DNA from: Entomortierella parvispora E1425
Lineage: Eukaryota > Fungi > Mortierellomycota
Assembly: GCA_020891255.1 (NCBI GenBank)
Contig: BQFW01000003.1
Location: forward strand, 1,116,001-1,180,000
DNA length: 64,000 bases
Direction of reading: 5' to 3'
Positions 1 to 12,632 of this stretch are shown in pieces. Numbering within the stretch: position 1 is the first letter of the stretch; each line of letters begins with the position of its first letter. The translations under genes were made by a program, and so were the position numbers. Below the pieces are notes generated by a model. The model did not search any database. It saw nothing but the letters and a program-made list of their open reading frames with translations, and was not told the DNA's origin.

Positions 1-1814
1 CGAAGTTCATCTGGGAGTTCAACAAACTGCATCACCAGTCCTGTGGTGACGTGCCATTCGATATGGCAATGCAGCGACCAAACACCAGGGTTATCGGCCT
101 TGAAGCGGATAACTGCAAATCCATGCCGAGGAATAGTGGCGGTATCGCGTCGCAAGGGGTTGATCGCATTCAACTCTGTCTTGCCCTCCTCATAGACACC
201 CTGACCTTGAGCAATCACCTGGAAGGTGTGTCCATGGAGATGGAAAGGATGCTCGCCTCCATGTGGGTTCTCCAAGATGATTTGAACGATAGAGTCGCGC
301 TTGTCAATCTTCATCACATGTTGAGCAATCTCGAATGTTTCTACCGGATCCAGGTTTTGAAGGATGGTAGGCCTCCAGGCGTTTCCTGCATAGGTAATGT
401 CGTTCAAGTAGCCTCTGGTGATATTGTCGACAGGATCCGCCTTAAAAGTGATTTGGACACGGATGCTCTTCGAAATCGGTTCCAAGAGAGGTTGAGGTTG
501 AAGTGGGTGAAGTGAATACAAATCCGGATCCAGACACGCAGCCTCAAAAGCGGGGTTGATGGGGGCTGGATCGCCTTTCTTTGGGGTCCCTGGCTGGAAA
601 CGCCCTACTGAGGTAGGTTCCCCTTTGCCTCCACCTTGGTATCGGATTTCTGCTAGAACGATGGGGTCCAGATTGGTAGGTGTGTTGGGGAGACAGGCCA
701 TGCCCATTTCAGCCCTCATCCAGTAATTCTTCGGTTCCTGGTTTGTTGTCAAAATGACAGAGTATCGCTGTCCAGTATTGATGGGAAGACTGTCGACCAA
801 GATAGGGTTGATATCCGTGCCATCAACCTCAATGACCTGAAGCTTGTGCTCATCAATTGAGAACAAGAACGCGGCCGCTGCGCCGGAGTTGATCAATCGA
901 AGACGGTATCGTCTGTTGGGCAAGAAGTGGAAAACAGATCGTTCTCCTGGGTTGCATTCCAGATTCGCAGGTTGGACCTTTGAGCAATCGAAGATGTTCT
1001 TTCCATTGATCAGTCCACTGTTTGGTACTGGCTCTATGCCCTGACTCTCGGGAGAGAGGTAGTGGGCGAGGAGTGGTCCTGTAGGCAGATGGTACCAGTC
1101 CGAAATCACAATTGTCCGCTCTTCGTCGTAGGCAAGTCGAAATGGGTTTGTCTCGGGTGGGTCCTGAATGATAATTGCGCCCACAAGCCCGTCAATATAC
1201 TGGTTCTCAAAGTGGGCGTGCCACCAATGCCTATTATTAGTGTCCAGTGGATCAAAAAGAAAAGTTGGCGTTGTTTTAGCGGATAGCAACATGTCTGGCG
1301 TGACGGTGATACAGAGTATACATGTCTCTCCCTTCGGATAGACCCTTTGCAGCCAGCCCACTTACGTTCCAACAACATTGTCCGTGCCGAATGCATAGGT
1401 AAAGTTGGTCCCAGGCGGGATGGGGCACTGGTTCATGCCCGGGACACCATCGTACCATGGGTCATCGCGCATTGTCAATCCGTGCCAATGAAATGAGGTC
1501 GGTACATCCAGCGCATTCTCGACCACGACCGTGACAGAGTCTCCTCTGTTGACTTCAATCCTTGGTCCAGGGTACTTCTCGTTGACTAGGATGACAGGTC
1601 GAGTCACTCCATCCGGAGCCAGCGTGGTGCTGGTTACTTTCCAAAAGAAGATTCGATTCCGTGGTGACTCAGTAAAGGCGGGTGGTTCAGCCTGTATTGA
1701 TTCGGCCTGGAGTAAAATGAGAATCAGTGAGAAGAGAAGGCCCACAACGGACTTCCAAGGTGCAACGGAGACTGGGCTGGAGATGCGGCGCTTGGACGGT
1801 TGCAAGCGCTGCAT
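1..1814 (-). CDS. Multicopper oxidase (laccase/Fet3-like), 3' end runs off the window
   Basis: ATG at 1814 followed by a hydrophobic signal/anchor segment. One GT-AG intron at 1231-1365 joins the frames. All four Cu-binding motifs are readable on the minus strand: FHWHG, HWWHAH, HPFHLHGH and HCHIEWHVTTGL (Leu at the axial T1 position). Confidence 0.93.
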
Positions 1815-2034
1815 CGTTGCTGTGTATTGCAATGGCTGTCACTGAAGGTGGCGGGTGTTGCTGACGAGCTTGAAGATGTGGATGGGTTAATGCACTGGAG
1901 CGCAAAGGAGGGCGGAAATGTAATGTTAACAGACAGGGTATCACATGGGTAGAAGATGGGCTTGTGATGATCGTAGTTCATCTGGTCAGGGCGCATGGGA
2001 ACAAAACGCCCGAAAAAAGATCTAAAAATAACAC

Positions 2035-2278
2035 ATCACGTGCATAGTATAATCATGTGACTACGTTGTCACGTGCACCTGGATCACGTGGACAGACGCC
2101 TTTCTTTGAGGATACTTCTTCACCCCCCAAAAGTGGCGTTTAGGCCCGGGAGGGACTTCGTCACGTGGAGTATATGGCCTTGCACTTATAGAATTGCAAG
2201 GATATAACGATAATGGTAGGATATAACGTACTCTCACGTGATATCTACACGTGACAACATACGTCATTTAGTCACGTG
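2035..2278. promoter_or_regulatory. Homotypic cluster of RTCACGTG E-boxes upstream of the multicopper oxidase
   Basis: CACGTG at 2037, 2070, 2085, 2162, 2235, 2248 and 2273. Each fits RTCACGTG on one strand, and a GTCACATG variant lies at 2053-2060 on the minus strand. Confidence 0.65.
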
Positions 2279-3254
2279 GATTTATATTGTCTGCCCAAAT
2301 AGGAAGGAGTCTCGATCACCCCACAAAGTATAGGGAGACATGTCCGAAAAACAACATCGTTCTATGTGAAGTCATTCAAATCGTATCAGAATGCCATGAT
2401 TGTTAGCAATATCGATAGATATGATAAAAATACACCTCTCAAGTGATCGCGAGCAGTTTTGAACAAGTTTGAGAGCGTGTTCATCTTCGTTGTGCTTATT
2501 TTGACTGAAAATGACGAGGGTGTTCGCTATGTTTTGGCTAGTTACCATTGTATATTCAATTACAACACCACTTTCTTCCACATACATCCAAAACTTTCAG
2601 AATCCATGCCCTTTCCAATGTACATACTGTGAATGCGCTTTATTCGGTCAACACGCCTCGAAAAAAAGAACTTCACTTAGGAGCAAAGTGATCGACTTGG
2701 AAAAAAAATAGAATTTTGATGCATCTGAGGACATTTGTCTCGACTTTCCATGGTCAGAATTGCAACAATTGGGCTGAAAGCACTTTCCTGAGGTGGCCAC
2801 ACATTGTACGAAGAACGTAGTATCGTTTTCCTGCCAAAGAACGATTCCTCTAGAGGGCAATTGGATGAGTCATTCAAAGTAAAATGAACTTCTGACTACA
2901 ATTTTACAGTAGTAATGCCTCAGCATGATGACAAGCTCTTGGCTGTTTTCCAAAGAAGTACTATTCATAGGCAGGTGTCGCGATATACATGTTATTAAAA
3001 GTTGGAAGAGGTTTGGCTTCCGGATTCAGAGCTATCATGGTTCCTGAGATAGAGATATTGCTGCCATTTTATTTGTTTTTTTAAAAAAAAGAGCTCCCAG
3101 AAGGAGTATTTCCTCAGGAAACCCTGGGCCATAGGAACAGCAACCGAGATTGCATCAGAACTTGCGAAAGAACACTGCCAAATCATATGGTTGAACTATG
3201 ATCGATCATGTCGCATCGAAGATAGAGTGGGCTGTGTGTTTATTACATTATTAT

Positions 3255-6129
3255 TTAGAAGACTTGTCTACGTTTGTGTACGGCATTGAAGTGTAGAGGA
3301 GCTCTATTAACCATCTGACCAATACACAACGTTGTCTGTTGCAAAATGGAGGTGATGTCCTCCATCTCCTTGTCATCTTTGCTTTGCACGAGGCTAGATA
3401 GGATGTTGATCTGCTCTAGAGCTTTAAGCCTCCACTTCGCGGCCTCTCGTTGCAGATGCCTCCGTTCTTCATCTTCGTCGTCCCCTGTTACTATTGATTC
3501 TATCCCTCCCAAAACGACAGCAGCCGTTTCTTCTCCAGGCTCAATGCCAGCCAATAGCTTGTCCTTAGTGTCCTTTGACTCTGGAAGCACAATAGTTGTC
3601 ATGGACCCATGAAAGTTGTTGTCAACTGGTAGTTGAATGTTTGGAAACATGAGGGTAGCAGCAATGATATGTTTGCAAGGCTGAAGACGGCGCTTGAAGT
3701 CAGGGCACTCACAGGCCCGAATTGTGGGTGGATATGTCGTATGAATTGCAGTGATCTCGTACTCACTCCCATCAGACTTATCAAACGAGGTAATCCAGAG
3801 ACGGTTCGAAAGGGTGTCATGTCGGAAGAGCTGGAGCCTTTGTTGAGCGGTCAAGTTCCTGAAACGACGCTGCACAGAAATCAATCGATCCTGATATTCT
3901 TTTTGTATTTTTTGATTGCCGTCCGAGGTTCAACGTAGCTGTGTTGATAATACTCTGGAAGTATTCGACGACAGCACCAGAGAGTACATTGATCACAGTG
4001 TCAAGCCGGGGACTCTTGTTGTCTCGCAGGAACTTCGATTTCAGTTGACTGTGCCAGCTCTCCACATAGTTGTTGGTGTTGATGTCGGCCCAATATACAT
4101 CACTCCGGTATGCGCGCATCCACTGTTCTCGCTTCTCCAGAGTAAAGCTGGTAGTGTCAAGGTATTCGAGGACTTCCGTGTAAGCACTGTCTAGCGTTAG
4201 AGCCTGGCGAAGGCTTTGCTGGAGTAGAGAGGCCTGGTCGGGATCTTGAGTGTACATCATACGGCGCAACATCTTGAAGATCACCTCGCGGGATTTGTCA
4301 TACTGACGCTTTAGTTGTGCCTTCTCGTCTTTGTTCTTGCCGGTCATATCTGGATGGATCTTGCCAGGGAGAGCTCGAGCCCATGCGCGCTGAACGTGCC
4401 AGAGGCAGAGCTGAATCTTGACATCATCGAAGGCATAGTTGATGGCATTCTTCTCGATGTAGCTGTCGTCAACCACAATTGTTTTCACAATGCAATACGG
4501 CTTGTTTGACCCTTCTTGAACCATGAGTTGGCACCGCACATGACTCAGCCAAAGGCTAAGAGCCGAAGCTGACATATCACTCGTAAGAAAAAAAGCTACT
4601 GGTATTCCTTTTCCAGAGGAGTGCGCAACCACAATTGTGTAAAGTTGCGTGTTGTCATGACGGGTTGTTCCATGGGTGGCATCAATGCTAAAGCCAGCGC
4701 CGAATTGTTGCAGCATCTTCCGCTGCCAAGGGGATATAAATCCAAATCCAAACCGTTCCTTGGGACCAGTCTTGGCAGTTGGCGGTTCAATTGGCTGTTT
4801 ATCGGGTGCAACGGATTCAATAAAAGCAGCCAATCGACCCTGCTCGAGATTTAGGCCGACAGCCATTTTCTCAATGAGTGCAAAAGCCACTCTGTCTGAT
4901 GTAGGAGTGGGATTCTTACCACGGGCAGGTTTCCGAGGAGCGTCTCGTTTCATTCGACCATTATCCACCAAGATATCCTTTCCCCCAAAACTGCTGGAAG
5001 AAGACCAAGCACCATCAGGTGCCTCATCGTATTCAAACACGGAGAACCCCTGTTCTCGCAATTTCGTTCCCCACAGACGCATAGATATTCTCTCATCTTG
5101 GTCAAGCTGAGAAGTAATCCGTTGGCGACGAATGTCTATATTATAGATGTCTTCCTTCGTGATGGCCCTATCTCTAGCACACTGAATATCGAATTGCGAC
5201 TTGTCCTCCGGCGGCGCTTTCGAAAGCTTTTCATAGATGAACCGACGAGAGTGTCCTGCATCGAGCATCCTCTCAACCTGTTCCCTTCGCCATTTGGACA
5301 GGCGACAATGCCTGATATTCTCGATGGAATTCGTTTGGTGCCCTGTATGGTACGGTCTGTATGTAACAACGGCCTCTTCTGAGTTCTTGTAATACTTGAC
5401 GAGAACGTATGACTTACAGCCAACCTTGCCACTGATCTTTTGACGCGGACGCTTCTTGAGTACATTCTCTGGAAAATCATCTTGGGTGGGGTCCTCTTTA
5501 AGGCTGCAGTCGCTGTCTGTACTAGAGTTGTCGTCTTCTGCTTTAACCTTGGTAGCCGAGCTGCCCTGTCGCCGGCGCTTCTTAGGGGTACCAGCGTGCT
5601 GGCAGAAGTATCTGACGGAGCATTCGAGGGAGGACTTCGTACTCTTCGACTTCCTCTCCTCCTTCTTCAGGTATTTGGTTGAAGCAAGACGCCCCTGTTC
5701 AAACAGCCAGGGAATGACCATCGATTTGTCCATGCGCTTTTCGATTAGTCGGTTGTGATTAGGATGCCGCGGAAGGAGGCCCCCGAAAACCTTGGTCCAC
5801 AAAGGAACAGGAGCTTCCTGGTCGTTCGGGGGTTCGACGGGTATCTCCAAGTTCTCAGTAACTTCCGATGAAGACACTGAGGCCGGGTATTCGACATCCT
5901 GAGCAGCCTCCTGGATATCCTCATCCTCATTGTCGCTGGAGTCCGAGGATTTATCTGAGAAGAAGCAGACTTCAAATGCAGGGTCTTCAACGACTGATGG
6001 GGTGACAGGGCAATCCTGTGGGGCCACATAGGTCTAACAGGAAGACAAAAGTGTGTCGATATCATTAGTATCCACATATCTCAATTAGCCTACTGCGAGA
6101 CATGCCATGCCATACCATACCTCTTCCAT
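3255..6129 (-). mobile_element. Mutator-like (MULE) DDE transposase with C-terminal SWIM finger, split by a frameshift near 3820-3885
   Basis: Micro-exon ATG GAA GAG (6129-6121) and intron 6034-6120 (GTATGG..TACTAAT..TTAG) are in frame with ORF 3817-6027. Motifs: FAR1/WRKY-GCM1-like YFC..KVGC..HTGH, FSIDATH (D), IVVDD (D), CLWH (CxxH), TNNYVESWH (E). The SWIM motif CECPDF..PCKH is in the overlapping ORF 3255-3884 in another frame. No clear TIR or TSD found. Confidence 0.88.
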
Positions 6130-6401
6130 GTTGCAGGACTATATCGCGTAAGGGCCTCGTGTTGCCTGGTGAATGGAACGTGTTAATTCAGGTTGCATTT
6201 CTTCTCTAATTCTTTTTGTTGATCCGTCCTTCAATAGAGCTACAGCCTACCTGGCAACGCTACTGTTGTCTGGGGTATGAGGGGAGGGTGAGGGGAGGGT
6301 AAGGGAAGAAGCAAAGGTGTTGTGAGGGACGGTCAGGAACGTTTGTTTTTGTGCATTGTGATGACGTGCTGATTTTGTGCACTAAGGGAGAACTCAGGTC
6401 A

Positions 6402-6432
6402 ATGCACGTGATGGCACGTGGTGGCACGTGAT
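6402..6432. promoter_or_regulatory. Three CACGTG E-boxes at exact 10-bp spacing in the divergent MULE/RSPRY1 intergenic region
   Basis: GCACGTG ending at 6410, 6420 and 6430. Confidence 0.5.
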
Positions 6433-6774
6433 ATTTGGTGGCAATGTTTTTATGGGGGGCACATAAGGTAAATCGTCTCGCCTGCTTTCCCCTTGCGGTT
6501 CTGTCTGACCACTCTCCTGTCTGCCCCCAACTTTCTCTCTCTTCCGTCCCTTCCTTTTCAAAGCAGACTCTCTCTGACTCTCACTCACTCGCTCGCTCGC
6601 TCTCCTTCCCGCCTTCCTTCCTCTCCTCGTTCTATCCTCACTTCGCTCTTCCTGGCAGGGTTCTTTTGTTCTTTCCTTTTCTCACTTTCTCACTCACCCG
6701 TGTCTACAACAACTCGCAGTGGATCGACCCAATCGGCCCCATCAATACTCTGGCCCTAATTCGTCAATTGTACC

Positions 6775-9700
6775 ATGAACAGGATGGCTGCCCGACTGCT
6801 GGAACGGGTCTTTGTCAAAGTCCATATTCGCGCTGCCTGGAACAAACTGCATAACATGACGGAGCACGGCGAGCTATCCTCCGCTCTCGAATCCTTGATC
6901 CACTTGACATCCACAGGTAAAAGATGGACTCTTTCCCGCTGGAAAGAACAAAAAGTTGATCTCAGTCCATTCTATGCAGCCACTCTTCCTTTCTCCCCCC
7001 CCCTTTGTTGACTGGGTGTGTTGCGTAAGGTTCTCTGTCCCTGCTCTCCTTATACCCTTGAAGGTCATGAATGTTCTTTTTCTATCACCTGGACGACCTG
7101 CTGCCCATATTAATTTTGATGTAGTACGCTGCTATAAAAAACAGCAGTTGGATCTGCAGCAACAGCGCAGCGAAAGTTTGTCTGACCCTGTGTTTGTTCG
7201 ATACCCCTACATCTTCGCCCCTAGATTCGTCCTACTGCGAGCTAATAGAGGTGATGGTTGACATGATCTCTACCGACAGCCTTGGGATTGCGGCCCCATT
7301 CCTGTGCCATATCATCGATATGGCTGCACTACCGTCGCAACAAACCACTCGCAGGATGTCTCAGCAGTTGCTCTCCAAGTGCGATCCGGGTAAAAAATAC
7401 TCTTCATTCTTCGTATTGTTGACTTTTCAACTTGAAGCTGACGATTTCGTCCTCTTTGTTTGTCGTTCTCTTAAATTAGGCGGCCTGGCTCGACTGCGAT
7501 CTAGGAAGAAGAACAGGCCGGCGGCAGCTTTGATCTGGAGTGTACTCGCCAACCGACTTGCAGGCGAAATGAGCGCCACTTTGTTTTCGGACGCCGTATG
7601 CGAATGTCTGCTAAATAATATCGAAAATGATCCGGATATGGCTTGTAAGGTCTTTTCGATTATTGCGCTGGAAAAGTTCAGTCTCACAGGGCCATGTAAG
7701 GCTCGGATCATGCAAACCAATATCCGTAGTCTCCTGCGGGATACTGCCAACATGTCCACATTCGGATTGACGGATGAGGAGGAAATCGCCGGGATCACTC
7801 AGGCAAAGTTTTGTGCGGAATGGTCCTTGAGGAATATTTTCAGAGAAGTCAACGAGGTAACAAGCGAATGAGATCAGCAAAGGATGAGGCCCTGATTGCT
7901 CTGAGCTTTGACTCCGTTTATTACTGGAAAGTGTCAGATACTGATTCCTATCTCCCCCCTATGTTAGAGCGCGAAGAGCTTATCAGGAGCAGAGGCACCT
8001 TATTCAGGACATTATGACCCAGAGAGCCCGCAAACGGAGAATATCATGCCCAGCCAGGACTCATTTTCACTCTCAACAGCATTGTTAGCCGAGACAGCAA
8101 AAAAGCCCATGGGAACCAAAGTCAGTAATATTAATGTGATGCTCAATACCCTGGATGCTACCCGCCATTGGAAGCTTTCAGAAGACGGACTCTCGATCCG
8201 TAACGACGGGTCGACGTTCGAGTCTATACGTGCAACCAAGAGCGTTACCTGTGGCAAGTGGTTTTACGAAGTGAAGTTGGTTACGGCCGGGATCATGCAA
8301 ATTGGATGGGCCACTGTCCATTGCCAATTCTCGCCTGAAGACGGTACTGGCGTCGGAGATGATATCGTAAGTGTGCACAGGGGGTCTGGAAGACTAGAAG
8401 ACTGGATGAAAGAGAAATGAGTGTTTTTTTGTTTTGCTGCGAAGACATAAGAAGTATCGACGGCAGCTATTACACAGCCCATTTGCCAAGGATTAAGCCC
8501 ATTTTTATTGTTGGTTCTTCTATTAGTTTGGATTTGCGTTTGATGGCTGCCGAAACCTGATCTGGGCTGACGGCGAATCTGAGGCTTATGGCGATGCCGA
8601 ACCCTGGAAGGCTGGGGATATTCTTGGATTCTATCTCGATGTTGATAACGCCATCATGGAATGCTTTGTCAATGGCAGAAGTCTGGGTCCGATTTCACCG
8701 TTACTCAAGGACCATTTTGGAATCCAAGCTGTGTCGGGATATTATCCTGCACTCTCGTTTACATCATTCCAGCAGGCGACAATCAACTTTGGCGCCACTC
8801 CCTTCAAGTAAGCTGGGTCGACAAGGATACCGTAGTGCTGTCAAAATTTTGAGCGTCAAGACTTACGGTTCTTGTTTTATTCCATTTATTAGATACCCAC
8901 CAGCTTTGCCTTGGAGGAACTTGAATGACCATGGAATTATCACCTCAGAGATGCGTGTGGCGATTGTTCGACCGAGGAGCGACAGTGTATATGGACGAAT
9001 CCAACTAGATCCATTGACAGGCATTCGTCTGCCGGCTATGCCCGAGGAAGGAGATGAAATTGATTACAGTCTTCTGTGCACAATTTGCTGTGACCATACT
9101 GCCACGGTGACCTTGCAGCCTTGCGGGCACGATGGACTTTGTGTTGAATGTGCCTATTCTCTTGATATGTGGTAAAGTGGACTGCTCCGGAGATTTATTT
9201 CATCGGGGACAAGAGGAATGGCTGATTTTAACTCTCTTTCTCCTTCCATACTTCGTAGTCCTTTGTGTCGGTGTCGTATCTTTCAGAGGCAGATGGTTCC
9301 AAGTACCACAGATACCAAAGAGCCAGTCCAGGGGCTCTGCATTTCCGGTCTTTCCAGTGACAACGGCAGCACAAATGCCTCTCGTCCAGGACTTTCTACC
9401 TCCAGTACAGCAACCTCTGCTTGGTCCACAGAACATTATGGTCATAGTCATGTCGGAAGCAGTAGCGGGACCACGACCAACACATCGATCAGCAGTGACA
9501 GCAGCAGCAACGTTCAGAATCACCGTACCGACACTGATGTTGCTTCTACAGATCATACTCATGCTCATCATCATCGGAATCGGGAATCCTCCATTTCTGA
9601 CTTTCATGTTACCAGGGAGAGTCAGTACGCATTTACTTCATCAGAGCCTGCGTTTTCCAGAAGAAGGAATACCGTTGCTGCGGTATCAGGATCGGTCTCT

Positions 9701-10435
9701 TCCCCTTCTAATCGATTGGCGGCCCTAGAGCTGGATTGTCTCGAGGATCCCTTTTCTCCCCCATCAACGGCTTACTTCGCGTTTTTGAATCGCCCGACAC
9801 GACCACAGCGAAGCCATTTACATCCAGTGGATATTGACAACGTGGATCCATTGGAGATGCCCCACTACCGATCCGCCCATCACCACGTGTTTTCTGAACA
9901 AGGGCCAAGTACCACGACCACGGCGACAATGACGACATCACAGGCAGGATCGAATGACTCATTGCCGTCGTCGTCGTCAGTGACATCGGGATCACAAGGA
10001 CTCCCTTCAGAACCGACTCATGGAGAGCAAAGAATGGGAGGATCCGGACTAGGCCTATTGGAACTGGATCTCGCAGCCATCACGGACTATGATCTGGAGG
10101 AAGCCCGGATTCAAAGAGATGTTCTGGAAGATGAGGAGGATGTGAATGAGATGAATGTAGCCCTAATTGACGAAGGACGAGAGGCAACAGGGAGTGAGGT
10201 CATGGAGCAGAGTGCGCCTGATTTCTCTGAGAGCCATTCAATTCATTCCAGGAGGACTAGCGTTCAGTTTTTGGAGCCGCCTTCTTCTCTTTCTATGGAG
10301 AACGGCACGGCGGCAACAAACACTGTCTTGGCCGTCGCTGCAGCCTTGGCCTCCGTCACCGGACCTGGGTCGACAGCCACAGGGCGGTTTGGGGCGAGGA
10401 GGGCTTCTATGCCCAGTAATCGACTTGAGATGTAG
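6775..10435 (+). CDS. RSPRY1: RING finger and SPRY domain-containing protein 1 homolog (multi-exon)
   Basis: Helical N-terminus (LEKFSLTG..QAKFCAEWSL), SPRY domain (LSEDGLSIRNDGSTFESIRAT..GKWFYEVKLVTAGIMQIGWAT..GVGDD), RING split by an intron (CTICCD..QPCGHDGLCVECA..DMCPLCR), and a long Ser/Thr-rich tail. Confidence 0.88.
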
Positions 10436-10668
10436 ACTCTTTCATCTTTTATATACCGACTTCAAGTTTGTCTCTTTAGCTCTGTTACTTCCCTTGTGCG
10501 GTAGAACTTCTGTAGACATTCAAGTCAATGTAATTTATATGGCTGTAATTCTAATAATGCAGGAAGGAGGGTAGGAGAAGAGGTTCGAAGAGTTGGACCT
10601 GCCAAGAACGAAAGTACTATGTATGAAGCGAAAGGAGAGGTTTGAGGAGGAGGAGGAGTCAATGTTGT

Positions 10669-11423
10669 CTACTTGACATACACTGATTCCATGGAGGCGC
10701 TCAAATTTTCCAGGGGGACACCATGGCCATTGACAGACTGGCTCCGAGAGAGAGTTGTAGAAGCGGAAGGAGATGGAGGCGGTACGGAGGCAGAGCTATT
10801 GCGGCTATGTTTGCTGCTGAATGCTGTTCCGATGTCGGTGTTGATGGTAGTTGCACCCACTGCAGTGCCGTCGTTGCCTTGTAGAATTGTTGAGATGCTA
10901 TTGTTTGAGTGACTCAGGAGGTTGGTGTGAGTGATGCTGCTGGTGCTGCCGTTGTTCATTGAGGCGGCTACAGTTGTACCGAGAGTTGTTTCGGCTCGAT
11001 CTGTATTTTCTAATGTGGATGATGTTGTCGTCGTAGTCGTCGTCGTTGTTGTTGACATCGTTGTTGATGCAGCGGTCATTGGAGCGGTGGTCATGATTGT
11101 GGTACCAAAAATAGCCGATTGAGCATGTGGTGGCTGTGCTGAGGCATTAAGGTACTGGGCCATGTTTAAATCTTTGCGCTCAAAGCCCGACTTTTCATAA
11201 AAGGGCTCGTTGGCCTCGGAGCAAGTCAGCAGTAACTTGTAGCATCCAAGCTCAGAACCGATGTGCTTGAGCTGGTCAATCAGCCTGGTTTGATTGGAGG
11301 AGAAGAAAGAGGTGTAAGTTATTAGCATTCTGTATGTTTTTGCTGTTCTTTCTCACCAACCCCACTGCTTTGTCAAGAATCAAGTAGCGGCAGCGCTAGG
11401 GAAATAGCGAGATAAGAACAAAG

Positions 11424-11475
<52 letters not shown>

Positions 11476-11871
11476 GGGTTCATTCTTAACTGTCTTTTAC
11501 CTAATACCAAACTTCTTGCCTCGCTGAGAATCATGGACGACAATGTCCTCGATATGGCCGGACTTGCCGCATCCTCTGAGAAACTTTTGTTCAACAACCA
11601 AGGTTCCGGTAGCGACGATTCTGCTTGCCTGCAGATCTTCAATGACCGCGATATAATAGACGGATTCGGCGCGTCGCATGGTCTCAAAGGTCTGTTCAAA
11701 GGACAGGGCAGAGACCGTGCCGACGACTGTCAATCCGGCAAGACAGTCATAAAATCCCTTGTGAAAGTCGGTGATCTCGAGGGGACGCATGACATAGCCC
11801 TCTGGGAGCTGGTTCTGGACCGTGGTCGAGATCAGGTCGGGGCTGAAGAGGGGTAGCTGTTGGGGAGACAT
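10669..11871 (-). CDS. GNA1: Glucosamine-6-phosphate N-acetyltransferase (GNAT) with low-complexity C-terminal extension
   Basis: LPEGYVMRPLEITDFHKGF..VATGTLVVEQKFLRGCGKSGHIEDIVVHDSQRGKKFG, then intron 11285-11500, then LIDQL..GCYKLLLTCSEANEPFYEKSGF. Confidence 0.92.
11427..11472. repeat. (GA)23 microsatellite inside the GNA1 intron
   Basis: Perfect dinucleotide run read directly from the sequence. Confidence 0.97.
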
Positions 11872-12632
11872 GTAGGAGGATGTGGGCGTTGGATAAGATG
11901 AGGTTTGGTAGGAATCAAGAGAAGGACGACTAGAGTCCGGTGGAGAGAAGGTTGGTGCGGTGAATGTAAACAGGTGAAGGTGTGGGGGAAAAGAGAAGAA
12001 GAAGGAAGAAAAGAAGCTGTGAAGAGAAAGCCAGAGAGGGAAAAGAGAGTTATATACAGTTTGGATGCCCACGGACACAAAGTAAAAAAAAGAAAACAAT
12101 GAAAAATCTATTTAAAGAGATTTGGATGCATGGTCCAGCAGAGCCAACCAAAAGTGCGATGATGCACATGGTGACGATCGGAGGATTGTTCGCTACTGCC
12201 CGTGTGCATGTTATGCCCGTGATTGCTGTCTTCTGCGTTTGTGGTTTGAAGGAGAAAAAGAGAGACCTTTATCTCAATGGTAACCAGGATGGACCACGAC
12301 ATCGAATAAATCCAGTCCTTTTCTTCGTTCGTTCGTGCTCTGTCATGCGCTCGGGCAGTTAAGTCCTTGAGCCTACTGTCACTGCCATTGGAGATTGGCC
12401 AGATTCTGTGAAGTAAAGTGGCTCGAAGTCGATGGTCCTGGATGGAAAGGTAGGTCGATGATCCTGGACGGATAGTGAGCAAGAAAAAGTGCGAAAGGAG
12501 AAACAAAAGTCTCGACGCGTTTCTGTGACTTCTTCCTGTGCCACAACATCTTTTACATCTTTTGTCATTTACCTTTCTGTCTTCGCTCTCTTGTCATTTC
12601 ACTTCATTTGCATTCCACATCGATCACCGACC

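Noticed and set aside
2300-3250. Short ORFs in the AT-richer segment beside the MULE
   Set aside because: 60-70 aa fragments with no recognisable motif or consistent splicing.
3824-3855. 31-nt GT-AG intron that would repair the MULE frameshift
   Set aside because: Shorter than typical fungal introns, with a poor donor (GTCGTT) and no branch point.
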